Source of the DNA: Patellaria atrata CBS 101060
Lineage: Eukaryota
Assembly: GCA_010093705.1 (NCBI GenBank)
Contig: MU006090.1
Coordinates: 1,887,817-1,951,816, forward strand
Length of the DNA stretch: 64,000 bases
Reading direction: 5' to 3'
Shown: positions 1 through 13,321 of the stretch, piece by piece
Position numbering within the stretch: the stretch's first letter is position 1
Layout: each line of letters begins with the position of its first letter
Position numbers and translations under genes: made by a program
The notes under the pieces: model-generated
What the model was told of the DNA's origin: nothing
Databases searched by the model: none
Seen by the model: the letters and a program-made list of their open reading frames with translations, nothing else

Positions 1-551
1 ATGTTTGCATTGAAGCGGGTTGTGTAGTCTCGTTAATGGAGTCCAACACGGAATTGTACTCGTGCTGTATCTGTGGCTGTACCGCCATCATATCAGGTGT
101 TGGAGTCATCTCTATACTTTCAACTAGTATACTAGATGGCGAAACGTCTGTAGCAGATGTGTAAAAGTCATGGGGTATGGAAAGCGGGACGACCGGAGGG
201 GGGTCGAATTGCGTATGAACAGGCACAGCTTGATGGCCAAGCATCATCGAATTTTGGAACATCGTATACGCGTTCATCGACTTCTTGAAGTCTTGCTTGA
301 CCTTCGCGCGTCGGTTTTGGAACCAATTCTATACAACGCGCATCAGTTTGACTGCCCCGACAACGAAAGTGAATACTCACGTTGATTTTGTCCAAAGGAA
401 CGCCCAATGTCTCCGCAAATCCTTTCTTTGTATTAGTGTTCGGCTTATGTTGTTGCTGAAAATGCGCTTCCAGTATATCATGTTGCTCCTTGGTCAGGCG
501 AGGCTTCACATCGACAGACATTGCTGTCTGCTGCGGCCGTGACTCCGACAT
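1..551 (-). CDS. Homeobox transcription factor (HbxA/Pah1/Htf1-like), 3' part outside the window
   Basis: MSESRPQQ...KPRLTKEQHDILEAHFQQQHKPNTNTKKGFAETLGVPLDKIN, then a GT-AG intron 380..329, then NWFQNRRAKVKQ: canonical homeodomain helix 3 (WFQNRRAK). The frame stays open to the window edge. The start ATG at 551 is inferred. Confidence 0.88.
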
Positions 552-3146
552 CTGCTCTGAAGAGATGAAAAGAATATTCCGTCGAGATGTCTGATCAAGT
601 TCGTATCCGGCTGGTCGGTGGCATATGTAAATAGGTGGATGCTTATAAGAATGGTTGATAATTGCTCGTTTTCCCCTAACCAGCGACAAGAGCAACAGGA
701 ATCGGTGGAAGCAAGAAGCAAGCTTGTTAGGCGAGAGGTCAGCTTTCTAGCAAGAGTGTCCAGGGCTATGGGAAAAGATTCCGAGTAGAAACGAGTGACT
801 TGAGTTAGCATAAGCTAGATGGGAAAGATGCAAAGAAAGAGTAGCGATCGAAAGTAAAGCCGTCGGTGGATAAAGTGAGGGAAAGGATAGCGCAACTGGG
901 GAGAGGGAGCGAAGAGGTCAAGGAGACGACAAGGACTGATGGTGGTTCAGGCGCGGGTGATCCCAGCGGCTACGAACTTGTACTTGAACACAAGCGACCC
1001 GGAAACCTAGTGCTTGTTCCTAAAGCCGCGGAGAGGCTGCCGAAGAGACGGGGCAGCGAATGTTTGGGGGGTACAAAATACGGGGGCACTGGCAAGTGGC
1101 AGCACAGCGAGCGAGTACACTGTCAACCGACGAAGGGACTGTTAGCCCAAGGGGCAGCATGATTTTGGGGGGGGTTCTGGGGGGTTATGGGGGGGGATAA
1201 TTGGGGGTTCGACGGTGGGTCATCAGGCTGGCATTCTGGCTCTCAGCATTTTTGGTGGAGACGAAGGCGGTGCTGAAGACAAGCGTGACAAGGACAAGGC
1301 GAAACAGGGGCACCCGGTCCATCATTGGAGAATGAGGTCGCTAAGAGAAGTCGGGGTTGGAAAGTGGTAGGGAAGTGCACTTGGATGACCAGTTGATTGG
1401 CTAAATCTGTGTGGCTATTGACTAGGGGTCAAGTTGATCATGCATAACTTTTTGCATTATTATTATTTCGATGGGGAGGGTAAGAGCTGCGACCAGCTGC
1501 ACCTGCCTGCTTGTGCTAAGAATAATATCAAATTCTGTACTTTAACTCGATTCATAACCCCCTTCTCGTCTGACAGCAGCCCCCCACCTCGCCTAGGAGG
1601 ATTGATGCTAAGGTAGCAATATCAGACCTATCGTCATATCTCGTGAGGTTTTTCGACTTGACGAGGATGTCCCCTTCAAGCGAAGGGCTGAAGGAATTCC
1701 TGAACAAAAAGGTCATCTGCTTTCAGTCATCATAAAGGGATGGAATTGCGGGATCATCGATAACGCCCGACATCTGAACGTCTCTCGGCCTTTTCGGGGG
1801 CGGCGGGATACTAAAAGGATCCCCAAAGCCAAAAAGTTCACGATATCGACTTTCATTGGTCCGTTGTGGAACTCTGAACACAGTACCAGCACAGATCTGG
1901 AGATCAGCACGAAGCTTGACCTGTGGAAAAAGAGCCACTATCCTTTTTTGAATCTTAATCCAGAACCGTTTCTCTTCCCTTTTCTACGCGAGCCACGTTG
2001 CCTTGCGAATTGCGAATAATTTACTGACGTCTTGTGCTGTCCGCGGGGTGTCGAATAATGATGATTTATCAACGAAAAGGAGCCGCTTAGAAGTACAGTA
2101 CTGCACTGTAGAGCAACGGACAACTCCGGCGTTTAAGTTGCTTGTACTGTACTGTACAGCTCGGTTGGCAAATTGTCGTCCGCCGAGGACAACAAGCTGC
2201 ATCCGGATTCTTGCTCTTAATGCTCTAGAGTGCTCTAAACTTCATCCCCGCCGCCGGCCAAGCTCCAAGTCTCCATCACGTTGGGTTCTGACTTTCTTGA
2301 ACGACATCATCCCGCAACGGACAAGAAGCCGGTACAGCGGTCATTTTTAGCACATTCAATCATTCTTTTCCCTTCGCGAAAGGTACAAGCGTACAGAACG
2401 CATATTCGGCTGTATCTTCAAAGTCTTGTGAGACGTACGACTTCCAAGGCCACGTCTGCATGTAAAAGGGGGGAGGGGCTAAATGCTGGTTCTTGGGATA
2501 AACACATCTGTACGTCCTTTCGGGCGCAGCTGTCCCTTGCAGCTTTGTGTCCCCCGCTGGTCTTCCACCATCGCGACCCAAGAAGACTTTCCAGCTTCAA
2601 TTTTGGGAATAACTCTGAGCGAAAGTGGCTGAGTGCTTGCAATCTTGCAGCTATTTGGCGTTCATCTAGTCTCCAAATCTTAAAGATAGAAAAAAGTCCC
2701 GAATTCTTCTTTTTGCAATCTCCGCGAATTTCTTTTTTGTACCATCCTTCCGGCGGGCCCCGAACATATGAAAGCACTCTCTGCTTATGATCATAAGTGG
2801 GCTGTAAGCTTGTAATGCGGTCCGACGTCGAGCGCTCCCATGAGTTTATTATCGGGAGACATTTCCAGCTTTTTGATTACAGTGCCTTGCCAGTTTAATT
2901 ATAGCATATAACACTTAAAGATCCTCTCCTTTAACCTATAGCGGATATAGATTTATAGGTACTTGTGAGTGTACTTTCATATTGTAGCTGCTAATTCCAA
3001 ATCGACCTTGCTTGTCACTGCCAGCAAGGTAAGGTATGCCATGACTAAATTACACGTCCAAGTATGCGCTGTAACCTTCTAGAATTACGCCGTTAACAGG
3101 ATGGAAAAGCCATGCAATGCAACACACCTCGAAATGGAGCATCCCC

Positions 3147-4026
3147 CTAAGTGATCAGAGCGTTTCTGATCTCAATTCTAACCTCTTGGGTCTTGCTGTC
3201 CCATTCGGTCATTGTCACACTACTCAAGTCACGCAGAATCCAGTCGGCGCCGGCTTCCTTCAGTGATTCGATAGCATGCGAGGTCGCAACGGCCACAACT
3301 TTGAATCCAGCAGCCTTCCCAGCCTTGATTCCTGAAGGTGCGTCTTCAAAGACCAAAACTTCCCCGTCGTCGGGCAGATTGAGCTTCTTTTTGCCCAGTA
3401 GGTAGCACGCCGGATCAGGCTTACCTCGCGGCACGTCTTCAGCGGACACAAGGTGCTTCGGGTGAGCAAGCTTCAAGATATCTAGCCATCCGGTCACTAG
3501 TGACGTGGTACCAGATGTTACGATAGCCCAAGGTGCACCTGCTTCTTCGAGTTGGTTGAGGAGCGAACGGCTACCGGGCAGTTCCACGGCGTCGGCTCCG
3601 AACTCCTTTGGAATCAGTCCCTCTTGATATTTTACGTCTGTGGGAATTTGATTAGTTTCGCTAAACCATCTCGATACGGAAGCTTACAATCCCAGTTAGC
3701 TAGTTTTGGGTCGTGGAGTCCAAGAACGTCTATTGATCTTCTTCCGTGCGACGTAGCTAAGATAACATCCGGATCTATCCCTATCTGATTTCCTATTCTA
3801 ACTATATAAGCAGTGCTCCGTTGTAAGCATATCGGGGGAAATTACCTGGACCAATACTTGATGATAGCATTTGTAGAGTCGATTATAGTCCCATCCATAT
3901 CAAATAGCTGTGCCGGATTTAGAAAGGTTGTACAACTTCCAGGTGTTGTTCTCTTACAAGTCCCGAAAACGAGTGTACCACTGCTGGTGCTTCGAAACGA
4001 GGTTTCTGTTCAATAATTGACATCAT
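3147..4026 (-). CDS. HAD-superfamily phosphatase, glycerol-3-phosphate/2-deoxyglucose-6-phosphate phosphatase type (GPP1/DOG1-like), 4 exons
   Basis: The spliced product contains HAD motif I LFDMDGT, SHGRRSID, motif II IVTSG, GKPDP and motif IV VFEDAPSG. Three short GT-AG introns (first 3957..3908). Confidence 0.88.
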
Positions 4027-4376
4027 TTTACTTGAGAGAGTAAGACGAGAAAATGATCGATATGGTAAGAAGAGATTGACTGAATGGATATGCTCAATAT
4101 ACCAAAGACTCCACTTATAGTCGTTGAAAAAACTGAAGATAAGAAATACAAGCACTAACCTAAGGTAAAATCTCACCTCAGACAGTTCGGAAGTAGCATT
4201 GCCAAATGAGGAAATGAAGCCGTCCAATCACGTGCGAGAGTCCGAGCACACATGGTTGGTAGCCGGAGTCGGAATAACAATTTCACCGAACATGCATCTT
4301 AGCGTGCCTTATCGTAACATTTTTGCGGGTGATCAAAAAATGATAGAAACTCTAAGAGCTCATAGAAGAGACAACC

Positions 4377-6163
4377 ATGAAGGTCGGAAGTAAGTGAAAA
4401 GTACGTAGATTTTATGATTTATTTATTCACATCGTTTTAGAGCCTAAATCAAAACGTGTACCGGTGCGACTACGCCACAAGATCGAAAAAGCTTCCGCTG
4501 CAAAACAGCGAAAACAGAGAAAATTAGCAAAACAGGTACGGAAATCGAGTACCTTTGCCCCATATCTACTGAAAACCTTGTTCCATGTCTAGAATCCACA
4601 ATGGCGGTCGCGGCTAAAAAAGGATCCTGGAATCCCAAATCTGTTCCCATATAAGGATAAGATTCTACACGAAATCGAAGAAACTAGGCGATTGAAAGAA
4701 GAAGAAAAGGAACGGAAGAAGGAGGATGCTAAAGCAAGGAGGTTAGGAGTTCCCACTACCACGACCGAGGAGCAATCCAAAAATGAGAGAGTGAGTAGAG
4801 AGGAAGACGAAGCCTTAGAAGACTACGGCTCGGGCGAGGAGGATGAAGCCATGGAAGAGGTACGGAAATTTATGTTACACCATGACCCCAACCTAAGTAT
4901 TCACTTCTGTCTCAGGACGACGCAAATCCAATGGCTGCCTTATTAGCTTCAGCACGAGCGCGTGCCGCCGAATACGATAACGAAAAGGGGGAGGACGCTG
5001 AAATGATGGACGAAGAGGACGAAGAGGAAGATGAATGGGATGGAATTGACGAAGATGGTAGCGTTCGGAAGCATTCAGGGTTATCAAAACCAAGAAAAGA
5101 CTCCTCCAGAAAAGCTTTCGACAAATCTTTCAAGCAGGTCGTGGAACAAGCAGACGTGATTCTATATGTGTTAGACGCAAGAGATCCGGAAGGTACAAGA
5201 TCAAGAGAGGTTGAGCGCATGGTCATGGCAGCCGAGGGAGGTAATAAGCGGTTAATTCTGATACTGAACAAGATCGACTTAATTCCTCCTCCTGCGCTAA
5301 AGGGATGGCTACAACACCTAAAACGATCCTTCCCGACTCTCCCACTACGAGCATCAAATCCTGCACCGAATGCTAGGACTTTCGATCATAAGCAGCACAC
5401 CGTAAAAGGAACATCTGAGAATTTGCTCAAGGCACTTAAGGCTTATTCACAGTCAAAACAACTCAAGCGCTCAACGTCTGTTGGCGTTATCGGGTACCCC
5501 AATGTCGGCAAGTCATCAGTGGTGAACTCTTTACTCTCAAGCTTAGGAGGCAGGACAGCAGCTTGTCCCACGGGCGCAGAAGCCGGTATCACGACATCAA
5601 TGCGAGAAGTAAAATTAGATAACAAACTTAAGCTTCTGGACTCCCCCGGTATCGTATTTCCCAATGCATTCGACTCATCCACATCGAAGAAAGAAGAGCA
5701 GGCGCGCCTAATTCTGCTCAATGCTATTCCACCCAAAGAGATTGATGACCCTGTGCCTGCGGTCACCATGTTGTTACAAAGGCTTTCTACCTCCCAGGAC
5801 ATGCTGTCAGGTTTGTTATCCGTATACAACCTGCCTCCATTGATGATAACCAACGGCGACGTCACCACGGACTTCCTGGTCCAGGTAGCTAAGAAGCGAG
5901 GAAGGTTAGGGAAAGGCGGTGTTCCCAATCTCCACAGTGCTGCGCGGACGGTCCTCACAGACTGGAGAGACGGCAGGATTCGGGGATGGGTAGTGCCACC
6001 TACTCTACAAGTCGCGACGAGCAATTCAGCAGAGAGTACAGGTTCGGGAGATGCGCCAGTTGGAGATCAGAAGGAGATTGTCACTCAGTGGGCCGCAGAG
6101 TTCAAGCTTGATGGACTTTGGGGAGATGGTGGTGATGATGCTGCAGAAGTCATGGAATCATGA
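4377..6163 (+). CDS. NUG1: Nucleolar circularly permuted GTPase NUG1/GNL3 (nucleostemin family), 60S biogenesis
   Basis: Spliced N-terminus MKVGKPKSKRVPVRLRHKIEK...KKDPGIPNLFPYK (GN3L/Grn1-type basic domain). Permuted motifs DARDP, NKID (G4), GYPNVGKS (G1), DSPG (G3), plus KRGRLGKGGVPN. Three introns before 4916. Confidence 0.93.
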
Positions 6164-6544
6164 GATGAATTAGGAAAGACTAGTTAACGACAAGATGTCA
6201 TTTGCAGCTACAGTCCGCTGTTGATGAACATTGATGAGGAGTTTATTTACGGGATGTGCTGACAATACTGGAACAAATAGTCGCCTTTAACGACTTCTAG
6301 AGGTTTTCAATCCTACCCAATTCTTCATTCACAGTGATAGATTTGCAACACTCAACGCGGATGAGGCTTTCCAGATTCTTTGACAAGCGTTGGCGTTGCT
6401 TGCCGTGACTGCCAAGTCAGGGTTTCCTTCGAGATGAAAAGCTTAGAATCACCACGGCTCTTAAGTCTCTTTTAACTCTTATTGCATGCTCCCTTCAATC
6501 TTTCTTTCCGACATTTCTGCTCGGATACAATGTCTATCAAAGTA

Positions 6545-7052
6545 GATAAGTTCTTACGCTTATCTTCGACGGTAACAGAAGCTCCAAACACCTTACCATA
6601 ACAATGGAGAGGCATGTCGCCTCGTACGTCATGCAGTAAGTCCCCACGCTTCGCCCGCTCAATACACTGGACCTCGGGACGAACTATGGGCTGCTAATTA
6701 CCAACTTTTTCACATTGATGTGACGGTTGGAATGTAGATAAGAAGATATCGGTTACTGGTATCTTGGATATTGTAGGTATAGCTGTTTGAGCGTCTCAGC
6801 AATTAGTAGGTGGGTATGCTTCTATTATGTTCTCCCTCCAGTCTCTCCCAGCAAACATCCTTTCATCTGCTACAGAGAGTGGAAGATGGAATATTGCTCC
6901 AGAAGATTTCATGTTTAAGAATATTTTGCAACATATCAAGCTATCTTGGAAGCTTGGAAAGACTTAGCTCACACAACCCAATTCACAATAACAGAGATGT
7001 ACAAGAATATTTAAGCTGCACGATCGCGTGATCGACAGAATTCAGAGATAAG
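6545..7052 (+). promoter_or_regulatory. Cluster of GATA sites (AreA/NIT2-type) upstream of the amino-acid permease
   Basis: GATAAG at 6545, 6737 and 7047 and an inverted TTATCT at 6560, 0.3-0.8 kb upstream of a GAP1-like permease, a class typically under nitrogen-metabolite repression. Confidence 0.45.
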
Positions 7053-7342
7053 AGATCGGTAACGAGTCCTATTCATTGGTTGCTAGGGTGGTTCGTCCCT
7101 CTACCTTCTCCTTGGTATGGGGAAGGTTAGGGTTCAGCGTTGATCTCTATAACGCCTCCTGTTGCTCTTTTCGCCTACTTGGTGCATGTGTGATGTCGTG
7201 TGCTCTCTGCCGATCTCTGTCGTTTATTCCTGCTGTTGTAGTATCAAAGAAATTAAGTATTTAACTGCGCTCCTGTCTGTTATGCTTCTTCAGCTTTGCA
7301 CTCTTCACATCAATCAAGCCCGCCCTTCTAACAGTCGCTATC

Positions 7343-9348
7343 ATGGAAAGCAAAGAGAAGGATGTCGAGAAGGGTTCACCTTCTCCCCCTCGTTATGATG
7401 GAACCGCCGATTATGGTACCGCTGAGGAGACTAAAACCGGCACCAAGTTTAGCAGGTTTATTGATAGCTTCAAGAGGAATCCCAATGCAAGGGTCGTTAC
7501 GGAAGCAGTCGATGAAGAAGGAAAACCACTTGAGGATCAGCCGCCAGCTGAGCCTGCGTTGGCGATGAAACTGAAGCCTCGGCATTTGCAGATGATTGCT
7601 ATTGGGGGTTCTATCGGTCAGTTCACTGAGATATTGCTCTGTTATGACTTTTCAGGGCTAATATTCGATATCAGGTACTGGTTTATTCGTCGGATCGGGA
7701 TCAGCACTTGCCAACGGTGGTCCAGCATCTCTCGTCATCTCCTTCGGCTTGATTGGTATCATGCTGTTTTGCACCGTTCATGCACTGGGAGAACTTGCTG
7801 TTGCATTTCCAGTAGCGGGTTCATTTGCAGTGTATTCCACACGATTCCTCGACCCTGCGTGGGGTTTTGCTATGGCATGGAACTATGCTCTGTCCTGGCT
7901 CGTCACGCTTCCGCTTGAAATAGTGGCAGCGTCAATTACAATATCGTATTGGCAAGGTGCAAAAGATGTGAATCCGTCGGCATGGGTGACACTTTTCCTG
8001 TTCTTGATTATCAGTATCAACCTTTTCGGTGTCAGGGGATACGGTGAAGCCGAATTTGTCTTCTCTATCATTAAGGTAGCTGCTGTCATCGGGTTTATGT
8101 GAGTTTTGAAATATTTCTTGAGACGGATTTCCGCGAAACTGATCAGTCAATAGTATTCTAGGCATAATCATTGATGTAGGAGGGATTCCAGGCGGGCCCG
8201 GTTATATGGGAGCAAAATATTGGTCAGTATCACTTCTACCCCCAACACATCCCCACTGTGATACTGACCGTTGTAGGTATAATCCAGGAGCATTCCACAA
8301 TGGTTTCAAAGGGCTTTGCTCCGTCTTCATTACAGCCGCTTTCTCTTTCTCCGGAACGGAGCTCGTAGGTCTCTGTGCTGCCGAGACAGAGAACCCCCGT
8401 AAATCTTTACCCACAGCTGTAAAGCAAGTCTTCTGGCGTATCTGTCTGGTAAGAATTCTCCGCACCATTCCACACAAACGTAACTCAAAGAACAAGCTCT
8501 CATACCTCCTATTTTAGTTTTACATGATCTCCCTCACCGTCGTCGGCGTCCTCGTCCCCTACGACGACCCCAACCTACTCAATGGCAGCGGTAGCTCCGA
8601 CGCCAACGCCTCCCCCTTCGTCATCGCCGTCCGCAACGCAGGAATCAAAGCCGTCCCCTCAATCATGAACGTCGTCATCATGATCGCCGTCCTCAGCGTC
8701 GGCAACTCCGCCGTCTACGGCTCCTCCCGCACCCTCGCCGCCCTCGCCGACCGCGGCCAGGCCCCCAAAATTCTAGGCTACATCGACCGCTCCGGCCGGC
8801 CCCTCGTATCCATCCTCCTCGCCTCCGCGATCGGCTTCTTCTGCTACATCGTCGCCGCCGGTACCGACACGAGGGAAGCCGCGTTTAACTGGATGGTCGC
8901 TATCTCCGGCCTCGCCGTCATCTTCACCTGGGGCTCTATCTGCGCATGTCACATCCGCTTCCGGCAGGCGTGGAAAGCACAGGGACATACGCTGGACGAG
9001 CTCGCGTTCCGCTCGCAGGCCGGCGTTGTCGGCTCCTGGATTGGCCTTGTCATGAATATCCTTATCTTGGTGGCGCAGTTCTGGACCGGCTTTGCGCCCG
9101 TCGGGTACGGTGGTATGGCCGGCGGCGAGAGGACGGAGAATTGGTTCATGAGTTATCTCGCGTTTCCGATCGTGTTGTGTTTTTATATTGGGTTTAAGGT
9201 TGTCAGGAGGACGAGGATTAAGAGGTTGCATGAGATTGATATTACGAGCGGCAGGAGGGAGCTTAATCTTCAAGAGATTTTGGAGGAGGAGCGCGCAGAG
9301 CAGGCGAGGTGGCCGAGGTGGAAGAGGGTTTATAAGACGTTTTGTTAA
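7343..9348 (+). CDS. Amino-acid permease, APC/YAT family (GAP1-like), 5 exons
   Basis: LKPRHLQMIAIGGSIG|TGLF, ALGELAVAFPVAGSF, GYGEAEF, GFKGLCSVFITAAFSFSGTELVGL, ETENPRKSLP, HIRFRQAWKAQG, C-terminal FC. Exons joined through canonical introns. Confidence 0.93.
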
Positions 9349-9811
9349 AGACGGGAGGGGTTTGTCGATACTGACCCGGGGGAAGGGGGCGATTTATGGT
9401 TCGGGGATATTGAGTGTGTACTGTACTTTACCTTATTGTAAGAAATAAATTGGTTCTTATGGAGTGCTGGATGTTGAGGCCCACACTATTCGCCGATGTG
9501 TATTTCGGTTCCTGCACACGTGGTAAATAGTCGTTGCGACAATGAGAGCGATGGGACGACGGCTATGTGGATAACTCTTTTACCTAATAAGATACACAAC
9601 ATGGTAAGAATTCGGATGAGAGTGACTCGCCAGAAGGGTGGCTCGGAAGCGGGATACTGACGACCCTGTGACGCTTTCGAGTACAGGCACAGAAAATTAT
9701 TCGTGAAATGAAAAGACTCGAAACACGCAAAACGGCCACCTATTACTTCCACCTCCTGGCCGCTAAGATAGCCTCAGACAACCCCTACCATATCCTCAAC
9801 ACGGTAGCGCC

Positions 9812-11889
9812 CTAATGGCGCTTCCCTCCCAGTATCATAACATGATTGAACAAAACCGTAATACCAAGCGCCAAACACAGCGTCGGCAAGAGCCACGCGG
9901 AGAATAGATAATTCACCATGACCGTCTGTCCCGGCGCCGCATACATCAAGCTGAGCAGCGCAATCCCCAATCCAACCAAAATATTCGAAGCACCCTTGAG
10001 CCACTGTCCTGACGTCTTGGGACGTTCGGAGATGTATCCGAGCACGCCGATGAGGATGACGGATGTGCCTGCGCAGATAAAGAAATATAGGAAGATAAGC
10101 GATTGCATATCGTCTACCTTGTCGATCTGGCCTTCGATGGTCGGCTCGTGGCCGTGCTTGGGTTCCGGTGCCTCGACGCCGATGGAGGCGAATAGCGCAT
10201 TGGCACATGTCAGTAGGATATCCGATATGCTGTTCGCAATCACGCTCTGTCGCTCCTCGGTAGTGATGTTCGCAGTGCTGGAGGCGAGAATGGCGGTGAG
10301 GGATCTGTTCACGTTTTCTATGGCTGGGCCGAAGTCAACACCGGGTTGTGGGTAATCGAACACGAAGGACCATGCGGTTGTGTTCAGATCGGTGACTAGG
10401 GATCCGGTGGAGTTCCAATGGGAGATATCGCGGGTGATATATTTAGTGAAAGTGAAGATGCCTTCGACGGCCTGCCGAAATTTGATGAACTGGGAGATAC
10501 CTTCAAGGCAAAGGACGAGCGTGAGGTGGAAAGGGAAGTGTAAGAAAGACCAGATTTGTTGAAAGATGGTTCCAAAGTGTTTTTCTGAGATGCGATCGAA
10601 GTAGAGCATGTAGAGGAAGTACTATCCGAGGGCGTTAGCCATCGTCTTTTTATACTGCCCAGCCATCAGGCCATGTAAAGCTTACAATGATCAGAACTGA
10701 CGAGAGGATTTGTCCAATTATCCCAGCGCGGAAGGTATAACCGTTATTCACAATAGATGAGATAGCTGTGCAAATAACCGTTATGCCCTCCCCGAGAATG
10801 ATGAGCGTTAGGAGACTCATGCGTTGGACGAAATGAGTACCTTTGAAACTGATAACTCGCCAAAAGGAGGAGATACCGATGACGATAGCGGTCTCCAAGA
10901 TAGCGACAACATAGAAACAGATATAGACATGGTTGATTACCGGATTCTCAGGGCTGATGTTCCTCGGAAATACAAATGCTAATCCGAGATAGATCATGGC
11001 TGCCACAAAGTACGTACCGATGATTAATGCCATGGGTAACATCGTCCGACGATAATTCCTGACGAACCATATGGACAGACCATATTGGAGACAGAGAACC
11101 AATCTACTTGCCATCAGAATAAAAGCCATAGCCTTGAACTCAGAGTAATCGGCTATCTCCTTGCCTGGCTTCCAGGTTGGGGCCACAACGGCAAAGCCAA
11201 CCATAACTCCAAATTGTCCAGCTTTGCAGCAGCGATTGAAAACACTATCGGCGGAAAATCGAACATCGTAGAGGGAGACCTGATACCAGGTGAACCACAA
11301 TAAGCAGAAAAAACCAATGTACGCGGTTAGAGCTGAGTCTGGTCAGCAGTGCTCTTCCGGTTACCCCTATCATGCTATTCCTCGACTATACGCTGTCTCT
11401 AGCTATACTATGCAGAAAATGGAGAAAGGTATATGGATGTGCTGGAATCATATAATGATATTCACCTTGAAATTTACAAATAAGTGTATAGTACAGGAGT
11501 CTAGAATGCAAATCATGAGGGGGAAGGAGACACTGAATGATGAGACTATGGTACGTACAACTTTTATCATTGATTTCGAGCAGACTACTGAATGTTGATA
11601 AATTCGCCACGAAGAAAAGGTCGTAGAAGAGTTCTATGGTGGTTGCTTCAGCATGGCGGCGGAATGCGGGTGTTTCGCAGAAGGCCTCGTCTTCAGCTAC
11701 CAATGGAATTGAGTCTCGACCTGGGCTTTGCGTGTGTATAATCCCATTTGATTTCTGACTACCTGCATATGTAGTGTAGCTTTGCATGATTTCCATTCTC
11801 TCGGCTTTGACAAGGGGGCTAGCAATGAACTTGAGATGCCCGTGGCCATGTTTCCCAGGCTCATGTTTCCCGTGGCCATATTCTGTCAT
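9812..11889 (-). CDS. Low-temperature-requirement A (LtrA)-family polytopic membrane protein, 3 exons
   Basis: ATTIELFYDLFFVAN, LWFTWYQVSLYDVRFSADS, HFVQRMSLLTLIILGEG and WSFLHFPFHL motifs typical of fungal LtrA-like proteins. Introns at about 11558..11332 and 10686..10623. Confidence 0.78.
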
Positions 11890-13321
11890 GGTTAGAATAT
11901 TAAGTTAACTAGAAATAGAAGAAGGATAGGAGTTGAATATTATGAAGTCGAATATGGATCCAGGAAATCTCTTGGTCAACGGGACCGAAGTTATCATGGG
12001 GACAGAGAGCTTTCATAGCCCGGCATCTTATAGATTGACCATTCTTAAAGATCAGTCGAGACTCTTTCATCTGGGCCGCCTCATATAGTTGTAATGAACT
12101 TAATAGCTCTTTGGTAAGCAACGGATAACTTTAAGACAACAAAGGAAGTTTAGTGAGACTAGATGTACATGGTACAGCCATTGAGATCTTTCAAAACACA
12201 GTTAAGCATCTCAAGCTGACAGTTTTTAAGTGTTAGTGTACCGGCTCTGTGGCCATATAGCTTGTTGGTATCGGGAACTATCTCAATGGCCTCCTACCGA
12301 TCCTACGGTACTGTATGAAGCCAACAGTCATTGTACAGGATAGACGCAAGGTCTGTTGTACGAACATAATAGCTCTCCGGTCAGCATGATAAAAGGTCAT
12401 TTCAAGCAGATAACGAGTACCAACTGCTCGTTCGGGATATCTCTTGTGGGAGTGTGCTCCATGAGAACAGGCCGTGATGGTTTTGTGTATATGGGTTGTG
12501 GGTTGTGGGTATTTTCCAGTTACACCCAAGCCAGAATCTTTGCCCATTCTACCAAAGCAAGTTGCTGTATCACATGTCCGCATTTAGTATGACGTACACC
12601 GTAGAGGGTTGATGTAAGAAACACGAAAAAAGTTCTTGGACGTTCGATTTAGGTGAAGGGACGATGGGACGGTCTAGGCTTCAACGAATCTAGTACGGTA
12701 CCGCTCGGAGTTAAGGTAACATTTATCGATATCAAGTTAGTCCGCTCGGGGGGTTAATGGTATGAACTACTTTCTGGACGTTCTTATACGCAGTAAAACC
12801 TCAAGAGTTTCTTCTTACCAACCATTAACGTAAGTATGAACATGAAGCTCACAAGCCGAATTTAGGACCAAGAGAAAACTCACCCTGCCGCATTGAACAT
12901 GCCATAATACAGGACTCTGCGAGCACAAAAAGGCGGTCCTTCTATTCCATTCGTTCGCAGTTGATGTCATGCTGCCGATTAAAAACTGGATTCTGATTTG
13001 GATCCTCATATGCCGCTACACATATTTTACTTGCATTAGACGCAATGATAACCACGGACCCATTTGAATCCGATGGATGTCTCGAACTTACCATGACAGG
13101 GTCTCAGACCTGATGTACTAATATCATACTCCCACTGAGTGATGTGTCCCAGGGTCCATTTCTAAACCTAGGACGTGTGGTAAAATAATGTTCCTCCCTG
13201 TACTCTTATGAACACAAAGATCTGCGACATTTACAGTACGGACAATCATACATTGGAAAAGAGTCATGTTATTGATCATCAGTTCTATGTATAATAAATG
13301 TACACACTATCAAAGTCGTGG

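Noticed and set aside
5443..6024. Long antisense ORFs inside NUG1, the permease, CCH1, tubulin, the coiled-coil gene and HEM25
   Set aside because: Expected shadows of codon bias in real genes; no independent homology motifs.
11332..11558. Possible stwintron or recursive splice in the long LtrA intron (GTAC|GTACCA...AAG|GTGAAT)
   Set aside because: The internal donor is weak and there is no convincing internal branch point; a single canonical intron already restores the frame.
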